Origin: a virus
Reading direction: 5' to 3' (one strand)
DNA: 64,000 bases
Virus record (IMG/VR): IMGVR_UViG_3300028025_004808
Span: 6,179-70,178 of that record
A model generated the notes under the pieces. That model made no database searches. It was not told the DNA's origin and was given only the letters and a program-made list of their open reading frames with translations. The position numbers were made by a program, and so were the translations under genes. Below, one piece after another: positions 34,483 through 44,248 of this stretch. Each line of letters starts with the position of its first letter. The stretch's first letter is position 1.

Positions 34483-35241
34483 GTGTTTACCCCTCCACCG
34501 CACCTTTCTCCATCTTCTATCGGAACATTTAATCAATGTCCGTTGAAGTTCAAATACTCAAAAATAGACATGATAAAGGACGACCCTACTGAGGCAACTC
34601 TTTTAGGAAACTTTGTCCATGACGTTCTTGAGGCTATGTACAAGTTGGACAGTAGCGATAGAACGCAGAATTCTGCAAAGCAGATTGCTACAGACCTGTG
34701 GGCTGATTCATGGTTTGAGAGAGTTGAACCCTGGGTCAGGGATGGCGAGCCAATGCGTTTATTCCGATGGAAAGCATGGTGGTGTATTGAGAATTTGTGG
34801 AAGATTGAAAATCCGCAAACTCTTTCACCAATTGGTCTTGAGCATGAACTCAACGGAAAAATTGCTGGCGTAGCGATTAAAGGATTTATAGACAGATTCT
34901 CAGAGGAAGGTTCAGGATATGTTATTTCGGACTACAAAACAGGAAAAACACCAAAAGCAAATTGGGTTCAGGATAAGTTCTTCCAACTCGTTGTTTATTC
35001 ACATCTCCTTGACTCAACTGGAGTTGGAAAAGCAGAAAGCGTTGAACTCCTATATCTCAAAGACGGAGTATCCTTCAAGCAGGATGTCACCGAACAAATG
35101 CTTCTTGATGTCGAAAAACAAGTATCAGAAGTAAAAGAAAAGATTGACATTAGTTGTCAAAATGAAGATTTCAAAGCGAACAAATCAATCCTTTGTGATT
35201 GGTGTTCTTACAGAAAGGTATGCCCTGCATGGCGGTCATGA
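34483..35241 (+). CDS. PD-(D/E)XK RecB/Cas4-like exonuclease
   Basis: HLSPSSI..FNQCP, GNFVHDVLE, GFIDR, ISDYKTGK, QLVVY, C-terminal CDWCSYRKVCP (Fe-S cysteines). Confidence 0.92.
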   Translation: MFTPPPHLSPSSIGTFNQCPLKFKYSKIDMIKDDPTEATLLGNFVHDVLEAMYKLDSSDRTQNSAKQIATDLWADSWFERVEPWVRDGEPMRLFRWKAWWCIENLWKIENPQTLSPIGLEHELNGKIAGVAIKGFIDRFSEEGSGYVISDYKTGKTPKANWVQDKFFQLVVYSHLLDSTGVGKAESVELLYLKDGVSFKQDVTEQMLLDVEKQVSEVKEKIDISCQNEDFKANKSILCDWCSYRKVCPAWRS

Positions 35242-35747
35242 TTAGTGATGATGCTTTCGCCCGAATGGTTTCGGAGGATGTTAAAAACAAAATTTCATCT
35301 CCAGAAAAAGGTGTTCTTATGCAACCTGAAAACTGGCACAGATGGAAAGAATCACTCCTTCTATTGGTTGACAACCTAGACAGACAAATTGATTCTCTTG
35401 CTTCAGACGCAGACGCAGACGCAGAGCGCTACTTGTCAATGGGCAGGAGCGGAGAACGACTTGCCTCTGCTGCTGCTCGCGACTATCAGTTCAGAATTAA
35501 AAAAATTGACAGATTTAAGTTTCATGTAAATCGTCGTCTTGATGAAGTCATGGTGATGATTGAAACAGGCGAAGTCAAGAAAGAAGACGGCTGGGAAAAG
35601 GCTGCATTTTTTGAAAACGCAATCTTTAGGCACAGGGCTCTTTTGCGAGAATTTGAACTTGAAGAAACATCGATTGACAGGGCTCTTTGGGCTGCGCTTG
35701 AAGGCAAATGGGAATTTGATTCAATTGATTCAATTGACGAGGACTAA
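35238..35747 (+). CDS. Hypothetical helical protein
   Basis: ATGA overlap with the exonuclease stop. Confidence 0.7.
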   Translation: MISDDAFARMVSEDVKNKISSPEKGVLMQPENWHRWKESLLLLVDNLDRQIDSLASDADADAERYLSMGRSGERLASAAARDYQFRIKKIDRFKFHVNRRLDEVMVMIETGEVKKEDGWEKAAFFENAIFRHRALLREFELEETSIDRALWAALEGKWEFDSIDSIDED

Positions 35748-35888
35748 ATGCAGATAAATATAGACGAGGTAATGAATTCGCTTTCTGAGCAGATTGCGGC
35801 TCTCATTAAAGACAATGCAATGCTCCGCGTTCTTGTGTCTCAACTTGAATCTGAACTAGACTCACTGCGTGCGTCACAGGTCAAATAA
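35748..35888 (+). CDS. Small coiled-coil protein (46 aa, below ORF-track cutoff)
   Basis: GAGGA RBS. MQINIDEVMNSLSEQIAALIKDNAMLRVLVSQLESELDSLRASQVK* has a heptad pattern. Confidence 0.6.
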   Translation: MQINIDEVMNSLSEQIAALIKDNAMLRVLVSQLESELDSLRASQVK

Positions 35889-36171
35889 AAAACAGGCTGA
35901 ATACAAAATCAGAATTCCCCTTGTAAAGAGGCTTCTGGAAGAAAGACCGCTTTGCGAAGCGTGTCCTGTGTTTGCAAAACATGACGAGTTGGTTACATAT
36001 GTTAGAAACCGCTCAGTTGATATTCATGAGATAATTAGGCGCTCGCAAGGTGGCTCAATCCTTGACGAAGAAAACTTGATGGCTGTATGTCGTCCTTGCC
36101 ATACCCGTATTGGTAATTATCCTCAACTTTCATTTGACCTAGGCTTAGCCAAAAGGGGATGGGAGAGATGA
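35869..36171 (+). CDS. HNH endonuclease
   Basis: CEAC...DIHEIIRRSQGGS...NLMAVCRPCH. Confidence 0.88.
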   Translation: MRHRSNKKQAEYKIRIPLVKRLLEERPLCEACPVFAKHDELVTYVRNRSVDIHEIIRRSQGGSILDEENLMAVCRPCHTRIGNYPQLSFDLGLAKRGWER

Positions 36172-36698
36172 GGCTAATGGGTCTTGACCTGTCGCTTACA
36201 TCAACTGGCGTTTCCATAGAAGGCGTAACTAGCGTTATTCAATCTAAGGCAAAAGGTGCTGAGCGTCTTTCTGAGGTAACTAAAAGCATATTGCACGAGT
36301 GTCTAGAAAAAGAAATTTCCTGCGTTGTAATTGAAGGTTACTCTTTTGCTTCTAGGAGCGGTCAGGCTTTCAGTATTGGGGAACTGGGCGGATGTGTTCG
36401 CATGACATTGTTTGAATGCAATATCCCTATTATTGAAGTGCCGCCTACATGCCGTGCAAAGTTTGCAACTGGACGAGGCAACGCATCAAAAGGGGAAGTC
36501 ATATCTGCTATCTCAGCAAAAACTGGAATTATATTTAGTGGCGCTTCCGGCAACGATGAATGCGATGCATGGGTGCTTGAGCATATGGCTTTAACTTATT
36601 TGGGCAAATCTCAATATAAGTGGACAAAAGAGCAGTTATCTGCTCTTGACAAAATAGACTGGTTAGAAATCAAAGGAGCAAATAGTGGCGAGAAATAA
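36168..36698 (+). CDS. ruvC: RuvC-like Holliday junction resolvase
   Basis: MGLDLSLTSTG, VVIEGY, KFATGRGNASKGEV, NDECDA. Confidence 0.9.
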   Translation: MRLMGLDLSLTSTGVSIEGVTSVIQSKAKGAERLSEVTKSILHECLEKEISCVVIEGYSFASRSGQAFSIGELGGCVRMTLFECNIPIIEVPPTCRAKFATGRGNASKGEVISAISAKTGIIFSGASGNDECDAWVLEHMALTYLGKSQYKWTKEQLSALDKIDWLEIKGANSGEK

Positions 36699-37032
36699 CC
36701 CGATTAGTCAGGTTGAAATTGAGAGCGAATTAATGAGGCTCATGGAATTTCTTGAAAGCGAAACAGAGGCTTTTGAGACACTTGCTACTGACATGGCTAA
36801 AAAAGAAGCCCTCTATAAATCCAATTGGGCAAAAGAATATCTTTCTGCAAAAGGCTCAATCAAAGAACGTGAAGCATGGGCTGATTACAAACTTGCCGAT
36901 GAGAACTTTGACTTCAAGATTGCTGAAGCGCTTCTCAAATCAAAGCGGGAAAAACTGCTATCTTTGCGTACATCAATAGACGCTCTTAGAACTCTTAACG
37001 CCAATGTGCGTGTACAGGTTGGTCATCACTAA
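36685..37032 (+). CDS. Hypothetical coiled-coil protein
   Basis: AAGGAG RBS. Long amphipathic helices. Confidence 0.7.
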   Translation: MARNNPISQVEIESELMRLMEFLESETEAFETLATDMAKKEALYKSNWAKEYLSAKGSIKEREAWADYKLADENFDFKIAEALLKSKREKLLSLRTSIDALRTLNANVRVQVGHH

Positions 37033-37805
37033 TGAAAATATCAAAAGACTTACTGCCACTTGCTCTCTCTGTTGAGGACCTTAAGCCTCTTCAGAAGAAC
37101 CCTAGAAAAGGCAATGTTGAAGCAATTATGTCTTCATACAAAGAATTTGGTCAGATGAAGCCCATTGTTGTTAGACCAGAGGGCGATGGAACATATGTGG
37201 TTATTGCTGGAAATCACCAACTGCAGGCTGCAAAGAATTTAGGTTGGGAAAAGATTGCAGCAGTTCAAATGAATGTTGACGAAGCCCAAGCCGTTGCTTT
37301 TGCTCTTGCAGACAACCGAACGATGGAACTTGGCCACACAGACAACTCTGTTCTCAATGAAATGGTTGTTGACATGTGGGATGATTTCCCAGAACTTTTT
37401 GAAGGTCTTGGTTGGGACGAATTTGAAATAGCAGCGATTGAAGAAAGCCAGTTTGCATCAGAAGAAGTTTCGCCAATCGCTGATGGCTACTTTACGCCTG
37501 TGATGGTTAACAACCCTCCACAAGCACCTGTGAACATCATTGTTGAAGAAGATGCAGATGGAGACAGAAAGATAGTTGCTGGCAAGGATGTAGACCACAA
37601 CCAGGTTGCTATCTCGGGTAGCACCCTTGTTTCTCCAGGTTCTGCTCCACAAGCCGTTGTTCAATACACGATTGTTTTTGACAACCCAGACCAACAGCGC
37701 CGTTGGTACGACTTTGTTCGCTACCTGAGGAATGACCCAGGTATTTCTGGAACAACAACTGCCGAGAAGTTGATTGACTTTATTGATATGCATACAGAGG
37801 TTTAA
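37032..37805 (+). CDS. ParB/Srx-like N-terminal domain protein
   Basis: KNPRKG, EFGQMKPIVV, VIAGNHQLQAAKNLGW, LADNR. Typical of phage DNA-modification-associated ParB proteins. Confidence 0.88.
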   Translation: MKISKDLLPLALSVEDLKPLQKNPRKGNVEAIMSSYKEFGQMKPIVVRPEGDGTYVVIAGNHQLQAAKNLGWEKIAAVQMNVDEAQAVAFALADNRTMELGHTDNSVLNEMVVDMWDDFPELFEGLGWDEFEIAAIEESQFASEEVSPIADGYFTPVMVNNPPQAPVNIIVEEDADGDRKIVAGKDVDHNQVAISGSTLVSPGSAPQAVVQYTIVFDNPDQQRRWYDFVRYLRNDPGISGTTTAEKLIDFIDMHTEV

Positions 37806-37988
37806 GTGAAAATTCATCACCCAGACAATGCCTACGATTTACAAAAAATTCTCGTACAACTAGTTCGCAGTAAGAAGAAAGCGCGTACTGAATCTGTCGT
37901 ACTTAGCAATGTTTTGATGCATGATATTGTCAGCAGATTAATTGAACTTGAGAATAAAGTTGAATCCCTAGAGGCAAACAATGACTAA
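37806..37988 (+). CDS. Hypothetical protein (60 aa)
   Basis: Fills the operon gap and overlaps the next start. Confidence 0.5.
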   Translation: MKIHHPDNAYDLQKILVQLVRSKKKARTESVVLSNVLMHDIVSRLIELENKVESLEANND

Positions 37989-39126
37989 GCAGAGAATGTT
38001 TCTTAACATCAGTTGCGTTGATGCTGCTAGACAGAGGATAAGACATGTCTACGATACTTTTGATACTGTTTGTGTTCAGTTTTCTGGAGGAAAGGACAGC
38101 ACAGCGGTTCTTTACTTGGCTAAAGAAATTCATGAAGAACGAGGACTCGGACCAGTAAAAGTAATCTTCCGAGACGAAGAACTTGTCAGTCCTGCTATCT
38201 ACGAGTATGTAAATAAAGTTAGGCAGTACGACTGGGTTGACATGGAATGGTATTGCCTTCCAGTTCCTCAAGAAGTATGGGTTCTTGGCATTAGACAAAA
38301 TATTCTGACATGGGATTCCCAGCGTGCCGATAAAGGTGAACTCGTCAGAGAAATGCCGCCTTGGTCAATCAATGCATCTCACTTTGGACTTCCTATGGGT
38401 GAGCCTCTTCCTGAGATTATTGACTACTACACAATGCAGGGCAAAACAGGCAGTGTCGCTTTTGTTACTGGCGTACGGGCAAATGAGTCGATGGTTCGCT
38501 ACAGGTCTCTGGTGCAAAAAGTTCACGAGAACTACATCGCTACACCCTTCCGAATGAAGCGCTCAATACCTATGAAATTTGCAAAAGTCATTTACGACTG
38601 GCAGATAGATGACGTAATGAAGTTTATTGCTGAAGAGCACGGTGCAGAATATTGCGAGTATTACGACCTTGCGGCAATGACTGGCTCCAATACGCGAGTC
38701 GGTGTTCCTCTCCACGGTGTCGCTATTAGGCGCATAGGAGACCTTGTAGCCACCGAGCCGGACTTCTACGACAGATTGTGGGAGATATGGCCTGACATCG
38801 ACGCTCAGAGGCGCTGGTGGACAGAATTTGATATGGAGAAGTACATAGAGAGTTACGCCATAGACGGATTTGAGGGTGCCAAGAGATGTGTTGAGGACAA
38901 CACCTCCGATGAGCACGATAGGAGACGAGGCTTTGCCTATATTGCCGACTTTAGACGCAAGCACCTCCGTGACCCGTATTCGTATCCAATGAACTGGCTT
39001 ATCAGGAATCTTTTGCTTGGCGAGATATCAATTGCCTCTGCAGCGCCAGTTGGTCCAAAAACTAAAGCAGATACGCTGAGACAAAAAGCAGCACAACAGG
39101 AGTTAGACAACAATGAACAATATTGA
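37981..39126 (+). CDS. PAPS-reductase/PP-loop family protein (IbrA-like)
   Basis: QFSGGKDS PP-loop, FRDEE, WYCLP, GVRANESMVR, IYDW...DV. Confidence 0.88.
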   Translation: MTKQRMFLNISCVDAARQRIRHVYDTFDTVCVQFSGGKDSTAVLYLAKEIHEERGLGPVKVIFRDEELVSPAIYEYVNKVRQYDWVDMEWYCLPVPQEVWVLGIRQNILTWDSQRADKGELVREMPPWSINASHFGLPMGEPLPEIIDYYTMQGKTGSVAFVTGVRANESMVRYRSLVQKVHENYIATPFRMKRSIPMKFAKVIYDWQIDDVMKFIAEEHGAEYCEYYDLAAMTGSNTRVGVPLHGVAIRRIGDLVATEPDFYDRLWEIWPDIDAQRRWWTEFDMEKYIESYAIDGFEGAKRCVEDNTSDEHDRRRGFAYIADFRRKHLRDPYSYPMNWLIRNLLLGEISIASAAPVGPKTKADTLRQKAAQQELDNNEQY

Positions 39127-39664
39127 GATGGTTAAATTCAGTGACTTAGTCATTGCTCCGTTTAAGGCAACTTACATTCTTAGGCCAGACCTTCTTGCTC
39201 TTTCGGCATCTCTTAGAGACCTCGGCTTCATTATTCCCGTAATTGTGCAAGAGTCAACAAATATTGTGATAGATGGAAATGAGCGTGTATTGATTGCGCA
39301 AAAACAAAAGTCAATATCAAAGATTGTTGGCGAAGATTGCCCTGTAATCAAAATTAAATGCGACAATCTTGAAGCGCAGATGTTGCATCTTAGGCTGAAT
39401 AGGTCTAGGGGTACTTTGTTGGCAAAACCAACATCTCAAATTGTTAGAAACCTTGTCAAGTCTCGCAAATATGAAAAGGCTGAACTTGGTGCTCTTCTGC
39501 AAATGAAGGGCGATGAACTTCAGTTGCTTCTTGACGGTTCACTTATTAAGCAGAGAAAAATCTCTGAGCACTCATATTCTCGGGCATGGGTTCCAGTTGA
39601 AGCGGATGCAAAAGTAACCGAAATTCAAATGTCAATAGAAAAACCACCCAATGCAGACAGATAA
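39113..39664 (+). CDS. ParB-like protein (IbrB-like)
   Basis: SLRDLGFIIPVIV, VIDGNER, LRLNRSRG, C-terminal YSRAWVP. Directly follows the IbrA-like gene. Confidence 0.8.
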   Translation: MNNIEMVKFSDLVIAPFKATYILRPDLLALSASLRDLGFIIPVIVQESTNIVIDGNERVLIAQKQKSISKIVGEDCPVIKIKCDNLEAQMLHLRLNRSRGTLLAKPTSQIVRNLVKSRKYEKAELGALLQMKGDELQLLLDGSLIKQRKISEHSYSRAWVPVEADAKVTEIQMSIEKPPNADR

Positions 39665-39707
39665 ATTTCCTATAATGTACAATTAGGCTACCTACAGAGG
39701 AGACTCT

Positions 39708-39944
39708 ATGAAAATTCGGAATAGAACTGGCATCAAGCCCCAAGTAACCGCTTATCCTCAAAAAAGAAGAGGCGGAAGAGGCGGTCGTGCTTCACGCGGC
39801 GGAAGACTCCGTAGAGCAGCACGCGCTGCTGCTGCAGGAGCAAACGCAGCCCTTGGTCGTGGTGGCGCAAGAGAAGAAACAGTCGGCGATGTTATTCGTG
39901 AGGCTGGACGCGCTATCAGAAACCGCTTCGGACGAAGAAGATAA
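39708..39944 (+). CDS. Small Arg/Gly/Ala-rich basic protein (protamine-like)
   Basis: GAGGAG RBS and TACAAT upstream. KRRGGRGGRASRGGRLRRAARAAAAG...RNRFGRRR. Confidence 0.65.
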   Translation: MKIRNRTGIKPQVTAYPQKRRGGRGGRASRGGRLRRAARAAAAGANAALGRGGAREETVGDVIREAGRAIRNRFGRRR

Positions 39945-39969
39945 TTCTTACCCATTACGGGGGTAATCA

Positions 39970-40857
39970 ATGCTTGTAACTACGCAAGACCTTGTCACGT
40001 ATATGGACATCTCTTTGTCCCTAAGGCAGCAAGATGCTGCAGATATTGTGCTGTCTGGTCTTCAGTCAGAACTTGAGGCTTACTTGAATAGGCCTGTAGA
40101 AGTTACTGAATTTACTGAAGAGTACATAGTTCCAGCAGATTACTTAGCCTCTCCGATGTCATCTTTCTTTTATCAAAGAAACCTTGAGTCATCTTTTTAT
40201 ACTGCAAGTGGAAATTCAAATCAAACGGCTACCAATTATGCAATGCCTCCAGAAACTATTTATTTAAGAAATTCTCCAGTTTCAAAAGTTAAAAGCATAA
40301 TGATAAACAACCAGTGGACAACGCCAACATACTTAGGGGAAGCCGTTAGAAAAGAAGGCGTAATTACCAATGCCTCTTACTCGGCAGGAAAAATTACATA
40401 CACATCAGTAGGACATAAATTAACTGTTGGTCTTTATCTGACTGTTGAAAATATGGCTCCTAGTGGTTATAACGTTGTAAGAACCAAGATTGTTGAAGTT
40501 GGAGGAAACACTTTTACTGTTTTATCTTCACAAAACCCTGGTTCTGTTACTGATTCAAGCGGTACGTATCTTGGATATGGAACAAACTACGCTGTTCGTA
40601 GATATGGAATAGACATCTACAATATGGTCGCTGGAGACATAGTTACCGTGAATTACGAGGCTGGTCTTGATGGAGATACAATCCCATTTTTAAAACTTTT
40701 GATACTTAGAGCGGCAACAAGAGAAATGCAAAATATGCACGACGATGTTGTTGGTATCAAGGATATTCAGACAAGAAATGTTGCTCCTCTTGAAACTGGT
40801 TTTACAGAAAGAGAACTTCAGTCTGTAAAACAATATAAAAGAATCAGAGTTGCTTAA
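39970..40857 (+). CDS. Head-to-tail adaptor/connector
   Basis: LVTTQDLVTYM...QSELEAYLNRP and VTVNYEAG...LILRAA..., with a beta-rich insertion. First gene of the neck cluster. Confidence 0.7.
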   Translation: MLVTTQDLVTYMDISLSLRQQDAADIVLSGLQSELEAYLNRPVEVTEFTEEYIVPADYLASPMSSFFYQRNLESSFYTASGNSNQTATNYAMPPETIYLRNSPVSKVKSIMINNQWTTPTYLGEAVRKEGVITNASYSAGKITYTSVGHKLTVGLYLTVENMAPSGYNVVRTKIVEVGGNTFTVLSSQNPGSVTDSSGTYLGYGTNYAVRRYGIDIYNMVAGDIVTVNYEAGLDGDTIPFLKLLILRAATREMQNMHDDVVGIKDIQTRNVAPLETGFTERELQSVKQYKRIRVA

Positions 40858-41303
40858 TGGCTTCTATAATTCGTGTACAAACTGATTACAACGGTCTTAA
40901 AGCAATAAGATACATAGAAAAAGTTGAACACGCGGCACAAAATTTAAAGCCTGTATTAAAAAAAGCAAAACGCGATTTAGAAGAAATATATGTAGACCAT
41001 TTTCTTTCTAACGGCGGTGGGACATGGGAACCTCTTGACCCTGAATATGGAACATGGAAAGCATCTAGGTTTCCCGGTTCGCCAACATTGATTCGTACTG
41101 GAGAGTTGTTCCAGGCGGTTTCAAAACTGGAGACTGACAAACTGGAGGACATGTCGGCATCGTTTTATGTTGACTCAGAAATTGCTGGTTTTCATCAGTT
41201 TGGAACATGGAGCATGCCTAAAAGAGAACTCATATTTGAGCCCCCTATGTTTGCCAAAAAACTTGCTGAAGAAATTGCTGACCACATTGAGGGAGAAATC
41301 TAA
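40857..41303 (+). CDS. Virion morphogenesis/tail completion protein (Mu gpG/P2 gpS-like)
   Basis: WEPL, LIRTGEL, FHQFGTWSMPKR. Confidence 0.75.
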   Translation: MASIIRVQTDYNGLKAIRYIEKVEHAAQNLKPVLKKAKRDLEEIYVDHFLSNGGGTWEPLDPEYGTWKASRFPGSPTLIRTGELFQAVSKLETDKLEDMSASFYVDSEIAGFHQFGTWSMPKRELIFEPPMFAKKLAEEIADHIEGEI

Positions 41304-41890
41304 TGGAAGTCATGTATGGGGCTCATTTCCCTAAAACCTATGTAAATGAGTATCTAAAACAGGATATTCCAGAGAGAGTTATTGATTACAGAAACGCATG
41401 GAATCTTGACGATATTGAACTTCCATCTCCAGTTTCGTATTTCATCTATGAACCGATTGCTTTAGATTCATGGCCGACAATTATCACGGTTGTTATGTCA
41501 ACAAACTCAATGACAAGAATTGGTTACGATTCAACAAATCCTCTTTACAGAATTTCTTATTCAATGAGAACCTATGTTTGGGTCAGAACTGAACAATCTG
41601 AGCCGACAACACTTATGCGAGACAGGCTTACAACCGTTGTCCGTACCGCTTTGCTTGACTATCCATGCCTGACAGCAGTTGACCCAAAAAATTACTTTAA
41701 GGTTGAAATTGATGAGTCAACCATGCAGGAACAGTTTTCTGATTTAACCCTCTTAAAGGGCGACAGAGTCTTAGCGGGCGCTTATTTGTCTTATACCCTT
41801 AACATAGACGAATCAATCGGTCGCAGGAACAAGGGCATATTTAGTGAAAAAGAAATTGAATACCAACAATTGTCTTTTTTGCCAGATTGA
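41303..41890 (+). CDS. Putative tail terminator/neck protein
   Basis: Position before the sheath. WPTIITV and beta-strand pattern. Confidence 0.55.
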   Translation: MEVMYGAHFPKTYVNEYLKQDIPERVIDYRNAWNLDDIELPSPVSYFIYEPIALDSWPTIITVVMSTNSMTRIGYDSTNPLYRISYSMRTYVWVRTEQSEPTTLMRDRLTTVVRTALLDYPCLTAVDPKNYFKVEIDESTMQEQFSDLTLLKGDRVLAGAYLSYTLNIDESIGRRNKGIFSEKEIEYQQLSFLPD

Positions 41891-41927
41891 TTGTTGTACA
41901 CTAACTAATTGAGCATCAGGAGTATTT

Positions 41928-42278
41928 ATGACGCATGAACACGGATTTCAAAAAATCAAGAACGACCTGTCGTTTGATTGCGACGGAAGTCATGTCGTGC
42001 TTGAAAATGTTTCTGGAAGAACGCTTTTTGCTGGTGGTGTGAGTCTTTTCCCTGAAGATAAAGGTTTCTATTGTGGACAAGACAAAAAAATCGACAAATT
42101 TATTAAAGAGAATAAATTAAAAGTCGTTGAAGAGAATTCGGCAAAACCAAAGCCTCGGAAACCCAAAGAAGAAAAATCGGAAGAAACTTCTGTAACAGTT
42201 GCAGACGTTGATGCCGAAGCATCTGTACAATTGGGTTCATCCGAAGATGACATTGCACCATCAACTGAGCAATCATAA
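41928..42278 (+). CDS. Hypothetical protein
   Basis: CAGGAG RBS. Disordered acidic C-terminus. Confidence 0.65.
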   Translation: MTHEHGFQKIKNDLSFDCDGSHVVLENVSGRTLFAGGVSLFPEDKGFYCGQDKKIDKFIKENKLKVVEENSAKPKPRKPKEEKSEETSVTVADVDAEASVQLGSSEDDIAPSTEQS

Positions 42279-42296
42279 ACAACGGAGAGAGGTCAC

Positions 42297-43763
42297 ATGC
42301 CTGGAGTAGTTATAACCACAGCAGTACGCACTGGTCCAACAAGCGATACAGTTCGCGAGTCTTCGCAAGCCTTTTTTGTTGGCCTTGCAGAGAAGGGTAC
42401 AGCAGACGAAGCAGTTCTCGTATTGAGCCTTGCCGAGTTTGAAGAGAAGTTTGGCGGCTACGTCACATACGGATACCTTCACCCAACTGTTCAGGCTTTC
42501 TTTGAAGAGGGTGGCACACAGTGCTACATCGCAAGAGTTGTTGGTCCAGGCGCAGATATTGCAACCTTGAACCTCAACGAGGGTGGAGTTGGCGGTTCAA
42601 ACTGCATCACTCTTACAGCAAACGGTCCTGGCAACTGGTCAAACAACCTTAAAATTCAAGTACTTGCATCAGGTAACAAGAGAAACATTAAGTTTTTATA
42701 CAATGACAACCAGGTTTATTCAACAGGCCTCAAGTCAACAAACGCAGAACTCGTAAACGCAATTAACAACAGCCCTGTTGCAGGAAACTATGCAACTGCA
42801 TCAAAGTTGACAGACGACTTGCCAGAAGTTATGTCTGCAACTGCACTTAGTGGTGGCGATGACGACAGAACACACAACTCGGTTGACGAGACATTCACTG
42901 CTTATGTTGCTGCTCTTGAGTTGTTTAACGATGCTTTTGGTCCTGGTGCGGTTTCTTGCCCAGAAACACACACAATCAACACTGACCTTATTGCTCATGC
43001 AAATGCCTACAACAGAGTTGCAATCTTGCACACTGCTTCGGGCGATGATGCTGATGATGCAAAGGCAGAAGCAGACGACCTCACTGGTGAAACTGGTTCA
43101 GAGCATGCAGCCCTTTACTACCCTTGGGTTTTCACTCCAACCAACGTAACTGGCGTAACTAGACTTATTCCACCAGACGGATTCGTTGCTGGTGCAAGAG
43201 CGTCGGCGCACAACAGCGTTGGTCCACACCAGCCTGCTGCTGGTGCAATTGCTGCAGCAAGATTCATCAACGGAGTTGAAGTAGACATTAACAAGACAAT
43301 CGGAGACGACCTTGACGAAAATAACGTCAATGCTGTCCGCATTATTGCAAACGGTGTTCGCGTCTACGGAGCACGCTCACTCTCTACCGATACTGAGAAC
43401 TTCAGATTCATCAGCGTTCAAGACACAGTGAATACGGTTGTCCACAACGCAAACCGCTCAATGGAAGACTTGCTGTTCTCCCCAATTGATGGAAGAAATG
43501 CATTGTTCACGGAAATTGAAGGTCGCTTGAAGTCGATTTGTGAAATTCTTGCTAGAGAAGGTTCTTTGTACCCAGCGTATGATGGAAACGGCGCACTTAT
43601 TGACGCTGGCTTTACAGTCAAGTGTGACTCTTCAATCAATACAACTGCACAACTTGCCGAAGGCAAAGTTACGGCTCAGATTGGCTTGAGAGTGGCACCA
43701 ATTGGTGACAAGATTGAAGTAACAATCATCAAATCAAATCTCACTGGTTCAGTGACGGTATAG
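42297..43763 (+). CDS. Contractile tail sheath protein
   Basis: MPGVVI, FFEEGG..CYIARV, ALYYPWV, PPDGFVAG, GVRVYGARSL, FTVKCDSSINT. Confidence 0.95.
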   Translation: MPGVVITTAVRTGPTSDTVRESSQAFFVGLAEKGTADEAVLVLSLAEFEEKFGGYVTYGYLHPTVQAFFEEGGTQCYIARVVGPGADIATLNLNEGGVGGSNCITLTANGPGNWSNNLKIQVLASGNKRNIKFLYNDNQVYSTGLKSTNAELVNAINNSPVAGNYATASKLTDDLPEVMSATALSGGDDDRTHNSVDETFTAYVAALELFNDAFGPGAVSCPETHTINTDLIAHANAYNRVAILHTASGDDADDAKAEADDLTGETGSEHAALYYPWVFTPTNVTGVTRLIPPDGFVAGARASAHNSVGPHQPAAGAIAAARFINGVEVDINKTIGDDLDENNVNAVRIIANGVRVYGARSLSTDTENFRFISVQDTVNTVVHNANRSMEDLLFSPIDGRNALFTEIEGRLKSICEILAREGSLYPAYDGNGALIDAGFTVKCDSSINTTAQLAEGKVTAQIGLRVAPIGDKIEVTIIKSNLTGSVTV

Positions 43764-43776
43764 CAGGAGAATATAA

Positions 43777-44229
43777 ATGAAGTTATCACAGAGGCAAATA
43801 GTTGCATCAATCGTTCCAGTAACGCAGACAGCACCTAAATGGGGCTCTTTTAAGTTTGCTCAAGTTTCTGGTGGAGAAATCACCGCTTCGGTAGAAAAAA
43901 TCTACCTCGGTGGAAAACTTTTTCCAGAAGTTTTGTGTGCTCCTGCAGAAATTGGTGACATCACTTTGACTGCTCACTTTGATGACGACAATGTTGTTTC
44001 AGAGACAGAGGCTGGAATTGCCAAGAAACTTGAAACACTTAGAGGTCTTGTTGGCCAGGCTTACTACAACATTCAAGTCTCAACGCTTGACTGCGGAATT
44101 AACGTTGCAGGATTGTCAAGAACATATACCAATGCTCTTCTCGTTGGACTTACCGAGCCTGACGGTGACTCCTCGTCTGGTGCTCCAGCGACATTCGCAC
44201 TGACATTCTCAATCCAGAGCGTTTCCTGA
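43777..44229 (+). CDS. Tail tube protein
   Basis: 150 aa directly after the sheath. FAQVSGGEI, DITLT, C-terminal FALTF. Confidence 0.8.
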   Translation: MKLSQRQIVASIVPVTQTAPKWGSFKFAQVSGGEITASVEKIYLGGKLFPEVLCAPAEIGDITLTAHFDDDNVVSETEAGIAKKLETLRGLVGQAYYNIQVSTLDCGINVAGLSRTYTNALLVGLTEPDGDSSSGAPATFALTFSIQSVS

Positions 44230-44248
44230 TATAAAAAAACACAAGTAG

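Noticed and set aside
34483-35241. Cas4-like nuclease suggesting a CRISPR system
   Set aside because: No array or other cas genes seen. Its place beside Sak indicates a recombination exonuclease.
37445-37470. QFASEE in the ParB protein (also QFASEE and DFASAG in the TMP) as FAS tags
   Set aside because: Isolated matches in dissimilar context. Treated as background, a reminder that single FAS hits are not meaningful.
37981-39126. CysH sulfur-assimilation auxiliary metabolic gene
   Set aside because: Length, WYCLP/IYDW motifs and the IbrB-like neighbour fit the IbrA-like subfamily. No CysH C-terminal ECGLH motif.
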